50,388 nt of DNA from a bacterium (GCA_029934085.1 JAOZMY010000001.1:24031-74418); one strand, 5' to 3'. Counted from the first letter of the stretch, positions 1 through 8,851 are shown. Numbers and translations are program-made. The notes: a model not told the origin generated them from the letters alone.

Positions 1-56
1 GCGTGCACGCCCCCAAACGATTTGGAGAGGTTTCTAACTTCCAAGACCTTAATCAT
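1..56 (-). CDS. ABC transporter ATP-binding protein, LivG-like (first 18 codons only; continues beyond the left edge)
   Basis: The reverse strand reads ATG ATT AAG GTC TTG GAA GTT AGA AAC CTC TCC AAA TCG TTT GGG GGC GTG CAC, giving MIKVLEVRNLSKSFGGVH. That is the typical N-terminus of LivG/LivF-type ATPases. The ATG at 56-54 directly abuts the permease stop (TAA at 59-57). Confidence 0.6.
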   Translation of the reverse strand, partial: MIKVLEVRNLSKSFGGVH

Positions 57-1922
57 TTACGTTATCCCATCTGTTTTTTCAGATTCGTTTGCAAAAAAAT
101 GCCCGAACTTGGTCCCAAAAAATCCACCGATACCTTGCGGAAAGGCGAGGACCAAGACAATATAAATACACCCAAGAATCAGACGCCAGAAATCGAGGTT
201 GGAGATTTTGTCTTCAAGCCAGATAAAGGCGGTGGAGCCGACAATGGGTCCCGTGATGCTCTCGATTCCCCCCAAAAGGACGCTGAGCAGAATATCAAAG
301 GATCGCGGGATGGACATCTCGTCCGGGAATACGCTTCCCTTTGAAAAGACGTAGATTCCCCCCGCCAATCCGGCGAAGACACCCGCGACGGCGAATGAAA
401 ACCATTGGTGTCGGGTCACATTGATCCCGATGGAATCCGCCCGAAGCCTGGAGTCACGACAGGCCCGCATGGTATATCCGAAAGGCGTGAACAATAGGTG
501 TCGCAAAAGCAGGATCCCACCGATGGAGATGAGCATGGTGAGGTAGTAAAAGACAACCTCGTTGCTGGCCCACTTGGCGGGCCATATTCCGAGAATTCCG
601 TCGTCCCCACCGGTAAAACCGCTCCATTGAAACACGATCGACCAGCAGATCTGCGCGAAGGCCAGGGTTAGCATGGCCAGATAGACGCCTGATAGACGAA
701 CGCAGAACCAGCCTATGATGAGTGCCAGGAGCCCCATGGCAATGGGGGCGAGAAAGAGCGCCAATTCCATAGGGGTATGCGCGTGATGTACCAACAGGGC
801 CGCGGCGTAGGCGCCTCCCCCGAAGAAGGCGGCGTGGCCAAAGGAGACCATCCCGCCTGGCCCCATCATGAAGTAGAGGCTCATACACGCGAGGGCGAAC
901 ATGGCGATTTCCCCGAAAAGGGTCATTTGATATTTCCCCGCGAATGCCGGGAACAAGATAATGATTGCCAGTAGAATTAGGCCTATAATGCGGAGTTTCC
1001 TTGGGGCGGGTCTTAGAATGGACTCAAAGGATTCACCGGCCCCACCTTCCGTTTCAGGTTTCCCCATAAGTCCATAAGGGCGGATGACCAGGACCACCGC
1101 CATAACGAGGAACATCATTACCAGAGTGCTCTGGGGGAGGAAGAGGACGCCGAAAGAGCCTAACTCTCCGATGATGATTGCTGCGAGCAAGGCTCCAGGG
1201 ATACTCCCCATGCCACCGACGACAACGATCACGAAGGCGGCTGCGATGACGTTCATGTCCATCAAGAGATCGGCTCCGCCTTTGGGAAGCTGTATGGCGC
1301 CGCCGAGGCCGGCAAGCAACGAACCGATGAAAAAGACACTGGTAAAAAGCCATTTCTGGTTGACGCCCAGGGCGGCGAGCATCTCCCGGTCTTCTGTGGC
1401 GGCCCGAACTAAGATGCCCCAACGGGTCTTTGTTAACAAGAGCCAGAGGGCAAGGAGCACGACGGGGGCGGCAATGATTAGGACGAGGTCGTAAACCGGC
1501 ATGAGTGCGCCGAAGATGTTGATGCTTCCTTCCAATCCCGGAGCCATGGGGCCCATCAGATCCTCCGGCCCAAAGGCCCATCGGGCGAGGTCCTGGATGA
1601 CCAGGAGGACGGCGAAGGTGGCCATGAGCAGGAACAGCTCCCAGGATTGATAAAGGCGCCTGAGGAGGAAAATCTCCACGATGACACCGATAACCCCGAC
1701 GGCTAAGGTGGCAAGTAGAATTCCACCCCAGAAGGAGAGCGCCGTGTGTGGCAAGGCGGCGATAATGAAGTAGGCGATGTAGGCCCCTAACATATAGAAA
1801 GAGCCATGGGCCATGTTGACGATGCGGCTAACCCCGAAGATGAGAGAAAGCCCTGCCGCGACCAGGAAGAGGGAGGCGGCGTCGGAAAGCCCTGTCAAAA
1901 ACTGAACGATATAGAATCCCAA
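57..1922 (-). CDS. Fused LivH-LivM type (HAAT family) ABC transporter permease
   Basis: This 621-aa protein is hydrophobic throughout. The N-terminal half is LivH-like (GLSDAASLFLVAAGLSLIFG...MAHGSFYMLGAY). The C-terminal half is LivM-like (GMVSFGHAAFFGGGAYAAALL). It starts with TTG at 1922, with AGAGGA 8 nt upstream. It lies between a LivK-type SBP gene and a LivG-like start. Confidence 0.85.
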   Translation of the reverse strand: MGFYIVQFLTGLSDAASLFLVAAGLSLIFGVSRIVNMAHGSFYMLGAYIAYFIIAALPHTALSFWGGILLATLAVGVIGVIVEIFLLRRLYQSWELFLLMATFAVLLVIQDLARWAFGPEDLMGPMAPGLEGSINIFGALMPVYDLVLIIAAPVVLLALWLLLTKTRWGILVRAATEDREMLAALGVNQKWLFTSVFFIGSLLAGLGGAIQLPKGGADLLMDMNVIAAAFVIVVVGGMGSIPGALLAAIIIGELGSFGVLFLPQSTLVMMFLVMAVVLVIRPYGLMGKPETEGGAGESFESILRPAPRKLRIIGLILLAIIILFPAFAGKYQMTLFGEIAMFALACMSLYFMMGPGGMVSFGHAAFFGGGAYAAALLVHHAHTPMELALFLAPIAMGLLALIIGWFCVRLSGVYLAMLTLAFAQICWSIVFQWSGFTGGDDGILGIWPAKWASNEVVFYYLTMLISIGGILLLRHLLFTPFGYTMRACRDSRLRADSIGINVTRHQWFSFAVAGVFAGLAGGIYVFSKGSVFPDEMSIPRSFDILLSVLLGGIESITGPIVGSTAFIWLEDKISNLDFWRLILGCIYIVLVLAFPQGIGGFFGTKFGHFFANESEKTDGIT

Positions 1923-1988
1923 GGTTTACGTCCTCTGTAAATAAGTAGAGGGCATGGTGGATGTGCCACCATGCCCTGAGTATCTGTG

Positions 1989-3194
1989 TTATGGCCGTAG
2001 TTTTTTGACCTCTGCATCACTGGGCAAATAGTTTTTCCCGTCGCAGTATTTCCACTTGACCATGATGCCCTTTCCGTCCTTGAGAGCGGTGTAGCCAACG
2101 TAGGCGCCCATGGTCGACTGGTGGTCGATCTTACGATAGGTGATGGGACCAAACACACCGTTGAAGGTCAGGCCTTCCATGGCGTCAACCATCTTCTCCG
2201 TGTCGGTCGATTTGGCCTTTTTCAGCATGTGAGCGATGGACATCATCATCTCATAACCAACCACAGAACCTGTCCTGGGATAGGTGTTATACTTTGCCTG
2301 ATAGGCCTTGAGGAATTTCGTGTGGGCCTTGGTCTTGATGGCGTACCAGGGATATCCCGTCACCAGCCAGCCCACAGGGGCCTCGCCCTTCAAGGGATCG
2401 AGGTATTCGGGTTCACCCGTAAGCAGGCTTGCCACGAACTTGCCTTTGAAGAATCCTCTCAACTTGCCTTCCCGGACGAACTTGGCCAGGTCGCTTCCGA
2501 AGGTAACGTTGAAAATCGCTTCGGGGTTTGCGCGCTTGAGGGCCTGAATTTCAGCGCCGGCGTTGATTTTGAAGAGGGCGGGCCATTGTTCCGCCACGAA
2601 GGTCACATCCGGACGTTTCGCTTTCAAGACCTTCTTGAAGGCCTTGACGGCGTCTTTCCCATACGCATAGTTGGGAGCGATGGTGGCCCAGCGCTTGGCC
2701 GGATTTTTGGCGGCCTCGTCGGCGAGCATGGCGGCCTGCATGTAGGTCGATGGACGGAGCCGGAAGGTGTACCGATTCCCCTTCGCCCAGACCACGGCAT
2801 CCGAAAGCGGTTCGGCAGCAAGGTAAAAGACCTTGTTCCGTTTGGCGAAGTCGGTCAACGCGAGCCCAACATGTGAAAAGAACGAGCCCATAAGCAGGAC
2901 AACCTTGTCTTTGGTGACAAGTTCTTTGGCGATTCTGACGGCATTTCCAGGCTTGCCGGCATCGTCTCTTGAAACCACCTCGAGTTTTTTCCCGTTGATC
3001 CCACCCGACTTGTTGATTTCTTCAAGGGCAAGCTTCCACCCATTCCGGTAAGGGAAGGTAAAATTAGTTAGTTTGCTATATGTATTGATTTCTCCAACTT
3101 TGATGGTTCCCTCCGCGAATACGGAAGGGATACCGAACAGCATCGTAAGACACAATACCAAGATTGCGGTCAAAACGGTTTTACTGGCTTTCAT
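1989..3194 (-). CDS. LivK-family (type I periplasmic binding fold) ABC substrate-binding protein
   Basis: This 401-aa protein has a Sec signal peptide (MKASKTVLTAILVLCLTMLFGIPSVFA/EG). It has Peripla_BP_6-like features (IKVGEINTYS..., GGINGKKLEVVSRDDAGKP). It is the first gene of the transporter operon. Confidence 0.85.
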   Translation of the reverse strand: MKASKTVLTAILVLCLTMLFGIPSVFAEGTIKVGEINTYSKLTNFTFPYRNGWKLALEEINKSGGINGKKLEVVSRDDAGKPGNAVRIAKELVTKDKVVLLMGSFFSHVGLALTDFAKRNKVFYLAAEPLSDAVVWAKGNRYTFRLRPSTYMQAAMLADEAAKNPAKRWATIAPNYAYGKDAVKAFKKVLKAKRPDVTFVAEQWPALFKINAGAEIQALKRANPEAIFNVTFGSDLAKFVREGKLRGFFKGKFVASLLTGEPEYLDPLKGEAPVGWLVTGYPWYAIKTKAHTKFLKAYQAKYNTYPRTGSVVGYEMMMSIAHMLKKAKSTDTEKMVDAMEGLTFNGVFGPITYRKIDHQSTMGAYVGYTALKDGKGIMVKWKYCDGKNYLPSDAEVKKLRP

Positions 3195-3542
3195 TCTTTC
3201 CCTCCTGTTGATTTTAAATTTTCCCTATGGCAGAAGGTGGATTGAAATCCCTTTCTGCCTCTTAAATACTTCTTCTCCACCCCCTTTCTTTTCGTTCATT
3301 CAAAAGTATATTGTCTATTGCCTACGATTTTAGAGCAACCTTTAACATGGAGTAAAATCCCTGTCAAGGTTGATTCGGGTAATCGCTGAGGATGAAAAAT
3401 CGCGTGCAAAAAACGTTTCTTCAGGCTTGTCAAAACTTTGTCCCAGAAGGCGTTTTCCCCTTTTGAGAGCCCAAAATTTTTTCTTCCCAACCGCTTGACA
3501 AGGCAGGGAAAACCCGAAAAAAGAACTTGACAGAAAATTTAA

Positions 3543-3566
3543 TATATTGTAACAAATTACAATATA
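3543..3566. promoter_or_regulatory. Perfect inverted repeat TATATTGTAA-caaa-TTACAATATA, candidate operator
   Basis: Read directly: the arms 3543-3552 and 3557-3566 are exact reverse complements. The repeat lies about 60 nt upstream of the XRE-cupin regulator start and just downstream of a TTGACA hexamer (3527-3532). It sits in an AT-rich stretch of the divergent intergenic region. Confidence 0.45.
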
Positions 3567-3625
3567 GTTAATATGTTGATTTGCGCAAAATAAATTTTTC
3601 CTGTATAGGGGACAGAGGTTGATCA

Positions 3626-4177
3626 ATGGTTGATGTTATCGGCAGGAAGTTGCGGGAGCTACGACGAGCGAATCGCATGACGCTGAAGCAGGTGGCGAAG
3701 AAGGCGGGATGCACGGAATCTTATATCTCACAGCTTGAAAATGGGAATGCCAATCCTTCAATCGCAACTCTCAAGAAAATCGCGGCGGTTTTCAACGTTC
3801 AGATCATCGATTTTTTCATCGACCATGAAGAGGAAGCCCCGGTTGTAGTAAGAAAAAACGAGAGAATCGATATCGAATTTAAGGACGGGGGAAAAACCCA
3901 CATCCAATCTATGGTTAAAAACACGAAGAACAAGCGGATGGTTGCCTTTTATACCACCATTGATCCTGGGGGCGGTTCATCGGGGCTCTATTCCCATATT
4001 GGTGAGGAGTTTGGCCTGATCCTCTCGGGTGAAATGGAGTTGACGATAGAGGATAAGACATATCACTTGGAGGAAGGGGACAGCTTCTATTTCTCTTCGG
4101 CGCGTCCTCATGGCTTTTCGAATAAGGGTAAGAAAACGACGGTTGTCGCTTGGGTTGTCAGTCCGCCTACGTTTTAA
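3626..4177 (+). CDS. XRE-family HTH transcriptional regulator with C-terminal cupin domain
   Basis: This 183-aa protein has an N-terminal HTH_3 (LRELRRANRMTLKQVAKKAGCTESYISQLENGNANPSIATLKKIAAVF). It has a C-terminal cupin_2-like region (GEEFGLILSGEMELTIEDKTYHLEEGDSFYFSSARPHGF). Confidence 0.9.
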   Translation: MVDVIGRKLRELRRANRMTLKQVAKKAGCTESYISQLENGNANPSIATLKKIAAVFNVQIIDFFIDHEEEAPVVVRKNERIDIEFKDGGKTHIQSMVKNTKNKRMVAFYTTIDPGGGSSGLYSHIGEEFGLILSGEMELTIEDKTYHLEEGDSFYFSSARPHGFSNKGKKTTVVAWVVSPPTF

Positions 4178-4184
4178 GAATAAA

Positions 4185-5426
4185 ATGGAGTCGAGTGTGA
4201 AGAAGATCGCGTTTCTGGTGGGGCTTATTTTCTTGGTTGGATACCTTTCCCCGATTCCAGCCATCAGCGCCGACAAGATCAGTTTTGGGTTTGCCTTGCC
4301 ATTGACCGGTTCCCTCGCTGAAAGGGGGCGAAGGGCCCTCGATTCGTATAAATTGTGGGCGAAGAAGATGAATGCCGGGGGTGGAATCCTGATTGAAGGG
4401 AAACATTATCCGGTTGAACTTGTTTTTTATGACGATAAAAGCAATCCGGATTTGAGCGCTAGATTTTTTGAAAAGCTTGTAACGGTTGATAAGGTAGATT
4501 TACTGCTGGGTGGGATCGGAGCCCGACTTGTTTCGGCCGCAAGCGTCGTATCGGAAAAATACAAGTATCCGATGATCAGTGGAGAGGCGAACTCGGATTA
4601 CCTATTTGATCGAAACAACAGCTACTATTTTTCGACCTTGCCGAAAGTCTCCAAAGAGACCCGAGCGTGTGTCGATTTTTTGAAAAGGCTTAAAACCAAG
4701 CCAACCACTGTGGCGATCATCGGCTCTGATACTTCGCCATCTTCTCTGGTTTGTGAAGCCTTTAAGAAAGCCGTCGAGTCCTCTGGTCTCAAGATCGTCC
4801 ATTATGAACTCTTTCCCCTGTCGGTTAGCGACTACGGCACCACCCTTTCGAAAATCCAGGCGAAACACCCTGACATTCTGTTTGTGGGAAGCAGGGCGCT
4901 GAAATCGCTGAAGGGTATCGTCGAAGGTATGAAAAAAAATGGTTTCATGCCGAAAGCGGTTGTTCTGGGCGGCGGTTTGATGGTTCATGATCTCATGGCC
5001 ACGCTGGGGGAAGATAGTGACTATCTGTTTACCATGACAGAGTGGGTGTCGGAACTTCCTTATAAAGGCCCTGTGTTTGGAAGCGCCTCGGACTTTGACA
5101 AAGTGTATTATAAAGAGTACAAACGTCATTCTGAATACGTGGAAGCGGCGGTTGCCTCTGCGGCGGTGGTTCAGCAGTTGGCTTTGCAAAAGTTGGGTTC
5201 GGCACCGCCCTATGACGAAGCTGGACGTGAAGCTCTTATGAAGAAGCTTCACGATATTGATTTTGAAACCTTCTACGGGAAAGTCCGTTTTGGGAAAGAC
5301 GGTGCCAATTCGGCACATCCTTTAGTGATTATTCAAATCCGGGAAGGTAAGGTCGTTCCCGTTTACCCCGTGGAAGTGAAAAAAGCTGCCCCTGCCTATC
5401 CCGTGCCGTTGTGGGAAAAGCGTTAG
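4185..5426 (+). CDS. LivK-family ABC substrate-binding protein (second, divergent paralog)
   Basis: An ATG at 4185 gives MESSVKKIAFLVGLIFLVGYLSPIPAISA/DK, which is a signal peptide. The mature part is type I periplasmic binding fold-like (FALPLTGSLAERG..., VELVFYDDKSNPD). The ORF-track start at 4110 overlaps the regulator gene and adds an Arg-rich non-signal extension, so I prefer 4185. Confidence 0.8.
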   Translation: MESSVKKIAFLVGLIFLVGYLSPIPAISADKISFGFALPLTGSLAERGRRALDSYKLWAKKMNAGGGILIEGKHYPVELVFYDDKSNPDLSARFFEKLVTVDKVDLLLGGIGARLVSAASVVSEKYKYPMISGEANSDYLFDRNNSYYFSTLPKVSKETRACVDFLKRLKTKPTTVAIIGSDTSPSSLVCEAFKKAVESSGLKIVHYELFPLSVSDYGTTLSKIQAKHPDILFVGSRALKSLKGIVEGMKKNGFMPKAVVLGGGLMVHDLMATLGEDSDYLFTMTEWVSELPYKGPVFGSASDFDKVYYKEYKRHSEYVEAAVASAAVVQQLALQKLGSAPPYDEAGREALMKKLHDIDFETFYGKVRFGKDGANSAHPLVIIQIREGKVVPVYPVEVKKAAPAYPVPLWEKR

Positions 5427-5529
5427 AACGCTACCGAAGCAGCCTTTTATGGAGGCTGTGACCCATTCAGGGAGAAGCCCGGAGCAGAATATAAAAATGA
5501 CCTAATTGGTCATGCAAAAGGAGTCGAAA

Positions 5530-7464
5530 GTGCATTATCCGTCTATTTTCTCCGAAGGGAAAATAGGAACCCTGACCCTCAAGAATCGTATCATTATGGC
5601 ACCCGTGGACACGAATTTCGCCGATTATGAGGGAAAGGTTTCCGAGAAGATGCTCGCGTATTACGAGATGCGGGCCCGAGGCGGCGTGGGAATGATCATC
5701 GTGGAAAACAGCCAGGTGGAAGGGCCCCGCGGGAAACATACCGTCCGTCAGTTGTGTGTCTCAGATGACCGTTTCATCCCCGGTCTCAAACGTCTCGCCT
5801 TTGCCATTCATAAACACCAAATTCCCGCCATTCTCCAGCTTCATCACGCGGGACGGCAGACCACGCGGGAGTTTACCGGAGGGCTTCAGCCGGTAGCTCC
5901 ATCGGCCATTCCCTGTAAGCATCTCAAAGAAACACCAAGGGCCTTGATGCTGGACGAGATCGAGGAGATTGAAAACAGGTTTACCAAGGCGGCAATCAGA
6001 GCGAAGACAGCGGGGTTCGACGGGATTGAGCTACACGGCGCGCACGGTTATCTTATCGGTCAGTTCATGTCTCCCTATACCAATCATCGGGAAGACGCCT
6101 ATGGCGGAGATTTCGAAGGACGGATGCGTTTCCCTCTTCGTATCATCGAAAAGATACGAGCCGCCGTTGGAGAGGAATTTCCTATTCTTTTCCGATTGAG
6201 CGCCGATGAGTTCGTGGAAGGCGGTATCAAACTGGAAGAGGCGAAACGGATCGCGGTTCGCCTTGAGGAAGCGGGGATAGATGCCCTGCACGTTTCGGCT
6301 GGGATCTACGAGAGCCTCATGACCATCTTGGAGCCCATGAGTTACAAAGAGGGATGGCGAGTCTATCTCGCAAAGGAGATTAAAAAACTCGTCTCTGTCC
6401 CGGTGATCACGGTGGGAAACATCCGGTATCCCGACACGGTGGAAGAGATTCTTTCTAAGGGTGACGCGGATTTCGTGGCTCTCGGTCGCGCCCTCATCGC
6501 CGATCCCGAATGGCCTTTGAAGACGAAAGAAGGACGGATCAAGGAGATTCGTTACTGCATTTCTTGTAATGAAGGCTGCCTTGGCAATCGCCTTACCGAT
6601 TACATCGGCTGTTCCATCAATCCAGAAGTGGGGCGTGAAAACCGGTTGGGGAAAAAGAAGAAGCCGGTGACCCCGCGTCATGTCACCGTCGTAGGGGCGG
6701 GGCCCGCGGGGATTACGGCGGCCCTCCAGGCGGACAAGATGGGGCATCATGTTGTTCTGTTTGAGCGCAACCCGTGGATCGGCGGGCAGTTACGGCTCTT
6801 TGCCTCCATGCCGACAAAACACCGGATCAACGACCTGTTGAATTTCTTTGAGTACCAGCTCAAGAGCTCAAACGTGGAACTGAGGTTGGGAACGGAGTTC
6901 GACCCCCAAAACCCTAACACACCCCTCGATGTCGTTGTCATTGCCACGGGGTCAATCCCTTCCATTCCCATTCTCCCCGGGATCAAGGACGATCGGATTA
7001 TCACCCCGGTACAGTGTCTGGACGGTCAGTGCCCTAAAGGGAATGAGGATGTTCTCGTCGTCGGCGGGGGTGTGACGGGTTGTGAGCTCGCCCTTTTCCT
7101 CAAGTCTCTGGGGAACCGGGTCATCCTCATCGAAAAAGAGGATCGTCTCGCCGCGGATCTGGAGGAAATTTCCCGGATGGATCTTCTGAAACGGATGGCA
7201 AAGGAGAAACTCCAGGTTTTTCTCCGTATGTCACTTCGAGAGATTACCGAAGAAGGTGCGATCCTTGCGGATAGCGAAGGGAAGAAATTCATGGTGAAAC
7301 CGACAAAAATTGTCCTTGCCATGGGAAACCATGCCCAGGCGATCTTACGCCGCCGGTTGAAAGGGAAGGCCAACCGGTTGTTTGTGATTGGGGACGCAAA
7401 AGAGCCTCGCACGATTTACTATGCCATCCATGACGCCTATAAAGCGGTTCTTTCCATTACATAA
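5530..7464 (+). CDS. FadH / 2-enoate-reductase family FeS flavoprotein (OYE-like FMN domain, 4Fe-4S, FAD/NAD(P) domain)
   Basis: The OYE TIM-barrel motifs are present (LKNRIIMAPV, GFDGIELHGAHGYLIGQFMSP). The Cys cluster CISCNEGCLGNRLTDYIGC is typical of the 2,4-dienoyl-CoA reductase / enoate reductase / TMADH family. A Rossmann motif VTVVGAGPAGITAA follows. The likely start is GTG 5530, 6 nt after AAAGGAG; the ORF-track start is 5506. Confidence 0.85.
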   Translation: MHYPSIFSEGKIGTLTLKNRIIMAPVDTNFADYEGKVSEKMLAYYEMRARGGVGMIIVENSQVEGPRGKHTVRQLCVSDDRFIPGLKRLAFAIHKHQIPAILQLHHAGRQTTREFTGGLQPVAPSAIPCKHLKETPRALMLDEIEEIENRFTKAAIRAKTAGFDGIELHGAHGYLIGQFMSPYTNHREDAYGGDFEGRMRFPLRIIEKIRAAVGEEFPILFRLSADEFVEGGIKLEEAKRIAVRLEEAGIDALHVSAGIYESLMTILEPMSYKEGWRVYLAKEIKKLVSVPVITVGNIRYPDTVEEILSKGDADFVALGRALIADPEWPLKTKEGRIKEIRYCISCNEGCLGNRLTDYIGCSINPEVGRENRLGKKKKPVTPRHVTVVGAGPAGITAALQADKMGHHVVLFERNPWIGGQLRLFASMPTKHRINDLLNFFEYQLKSSNVELRLGTEFDPQNPNTPLDVVVIATGSIPSIPILPGIKDDRIITPVQCLDGQCPKGNEDVLVVGGGVTGCELALFLKSLGNRVILIEKEDRLAADLEEISRMDLLKRMAKEKLQVFLRMSLREITEEGAILADSEGKKFMVKPTKIVLAMGNHAQAILRRRLKGKANRLFVIGDAKEPRTIYYAIHDAYKAVLSIT

Positions 7465-7475
7465 GGGGTAAAGCG

Positions 7476-7976
7476 ATGGAAGAGAAATTGGGCGAAGAAA
7501 TCGTTGAGATCTCGGCTATGGTTAATGGGACCTCCGTTGTCCTACGAACGCCGGCCAACCGGACAATGCTCTCGATTCTACGGGAAGACCTTCACCTTAC
7601 GGGAGTCAAGGAGGGATGTGGAATCGGGGAATGTGGGGCCTGCACGGTGATTATGGACGGAAAGGTGGTCAATGCCTGCATGGTCCTGGCTCCCAAGATG
7701 GACGGGGCTACCATAACCACCATTGAAGGGTTGGGGGATGAAGAAAACCTCCATCCGTTACAAAAGGCCTTTATCGAGCATGGGGCTGTCCAATGCGGGT
7801 TTTGTACGCCGGGGATGATCCTTTCCGCCAAGGCGCTCTTGGACGAGAAACCCCATCCAACACGCCTGGAGATTCGTGAGGGGATTTCGGGAAATCTATG
7901 TCGTTGCACGGGGTATCAGCAGATTGTGGATGCCATTGAGTCGGTGGCCGAAGGCGGAATGGAGGAGGGAAGATGA
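7476..7976 (+). CDS. Xanthine dehydrogenase-family Mo-hydroxylase, 2x[2Fe-2S] small subunit
   Basis: This 166-aa protein has GCGIGECGACTV (plant-type 2Fe-2S). It also has QCGFCTPGMI...CRCTGY (second 2Fe-2S). Both are characteristic of CoxS/XdhC/NdhS-type subunits. Confidence 0.92.
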   Translation: MEEKLGEEIVEISAMVNGTSVVLRTPANRTMLSILREDLHLTGVKEGCGIGECGACTVIMDGKVVNACMVLAPKMDGATITTIEGLGDEENLHPLQKAFIEHGAVQCGFCTPGMILSAKALLDEKPHPTRLEIREGISGNLCRCTGYQQIVDAIESVAEGGMEEGR

Positions 7977-8851
7977 GCTATCCCAAGTTTCGTTACGCAG
8001 TGCCGAAGACGGTGCGAGATGCGGTTGAAATCCTGCACGCGGCAACAGAGAAAGGGGAGAAGGCGATTGTCTTGGCGGGGGGGACCGACCTGATGGTTCA
8101 GCTTAGGGAGAAATCCCTGGTTCCTGACTTGGTGGTGGATATCTCCAGGGTTACGTCACTTACAAAGATCGAACGGATGGGGAACGAAATACGCATAGGC
8201 CCCCTGGTGACCCATTCCATGCTGGCATCTTCGGACCTGATTCGAGAATACGTTGGGGTATTATCGGAAGCGGCGAGAACCGTTGGATCCCCTCAGATCA
8301 GAAACCTGGGGACCCTTGGAGGGAACATCGTAAACGCCTCCCCCGCGGCAGATACCATTCCAGCCCTTGTGATCCTTGATGCTCAGTTAATCCTAACGGG
8401 GCCGAAGGGGGATCGAACTCTCCCGATAACGGATTTTTTCGAGGGTCCTTACGAGACCGTTATCGAGGCGGATGAGCTTCTGACGGGTGTTATTGTTCCT
8501 CTGCCCCCTCCCTCTGGGCGGGCTATTTTCCTGAAATTGGCGCGGCGGAAGGCCCTGGCCATCGCGCGTATGAACCTTGCCTGTATGCTGTATTACAATC
8601 GGCAGAAGGAGGTTTTTGAGTGGGTCCGTCTCTGTGTAGGGTCTTCGACGCCACGTCCGGTTAGAATGACGGAGGCAGAGAAGATTTTAGAAGGGCAACC
8701 TTTTACGGATGTGGTTCTCCAGAAGGCGGGACAGGCGGCGGCGGAGCAGATGGTCGCCTTGAGTGGTCTTCGTTCTTCCACGGCGTACAAAAAACCCGTG
8801 GTGGGAGACCTCGTCATCCGCGCCGTCAAACTGGCGGTTGAAAAAGGGTAG
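7973..8851 (+). CDS. Xanthine dehydrogenase-family Mo-hydroxylase, FAD-binding medium subunit
   Basis: This 292-aa protein has LAGGTDLMVQL and GTLGGNIVNASPAADT motifs (FAD_binding_5 / CO_deh_flav_C). It shares an ATGA overlap with the upstream gene. Confidence 0.9.
   Translation: MSYPKFRYAVPKTVRDAVEILHAATEKGEKAIVLAGGTDLMVQLREKSLVPDLVVDISRVTSLTKIERMGNEIRIGPLVTHSMLASSDLIREYVGVLSEAARTVGSPQIRNLGTLGGNIVNASPAADTIPALVILDAQLILTGPKGDRTLPITDFFEGPYETVIEADELLTGVIVPLPPPSGRAIFLKLARRKALAIARMNLACMLYYNRQKEVFEWVRLCVGSSTPRPVRMTEAEKILEGQPFTDVVLQKAGQAAAEQMVALSGLRSSTAYKKPVVGDLVIRAVKLAVEKG

Noticed and set aside
3229-3259. A hairpin (GGCAGAAGG...CCTTTCTGCC with one bulge) in the presumed 5' leader of the minus-strand binding-protein mRNA. 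It could be a riboswitch or attenuator.
   Set aside because: It is a single short imperfect stem with no U-tract on the transcribed (minus) strand and no recognisable riboswitch core. I kept it only as a remark inside the control-region finding.
4110-4184. ORF-track N-terminal extensions. Examples are 4110 for the second binding protein, 21668 for apbE, 41024 for htrA, 38422 for rel, 39570 for DUF1844, 34423 for the phosphoesterase, 15612 for EF-G and 47466 for the GltS FMN protein.
   Set aside because: The extensions overlap upstream genes or promoter hexamers; the htrA TTG is itself the -35 TTGACA. They lack SD sequences and add non-homologous residues ahead of signal peptides or conserved N-termini. 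Internal starts with good RBS spacing were preferred.
5441-5459. A short hairpin (CAGCC-ttttatgga-GGCTG) between the second binding-protein gene and the FadH-like gene. It might be an intra-operon attenuator or mRNA stabiliser.
   Set aside because: It has a 5-bp stem and no U-tract, so it is indistinguishable from chance by eye.
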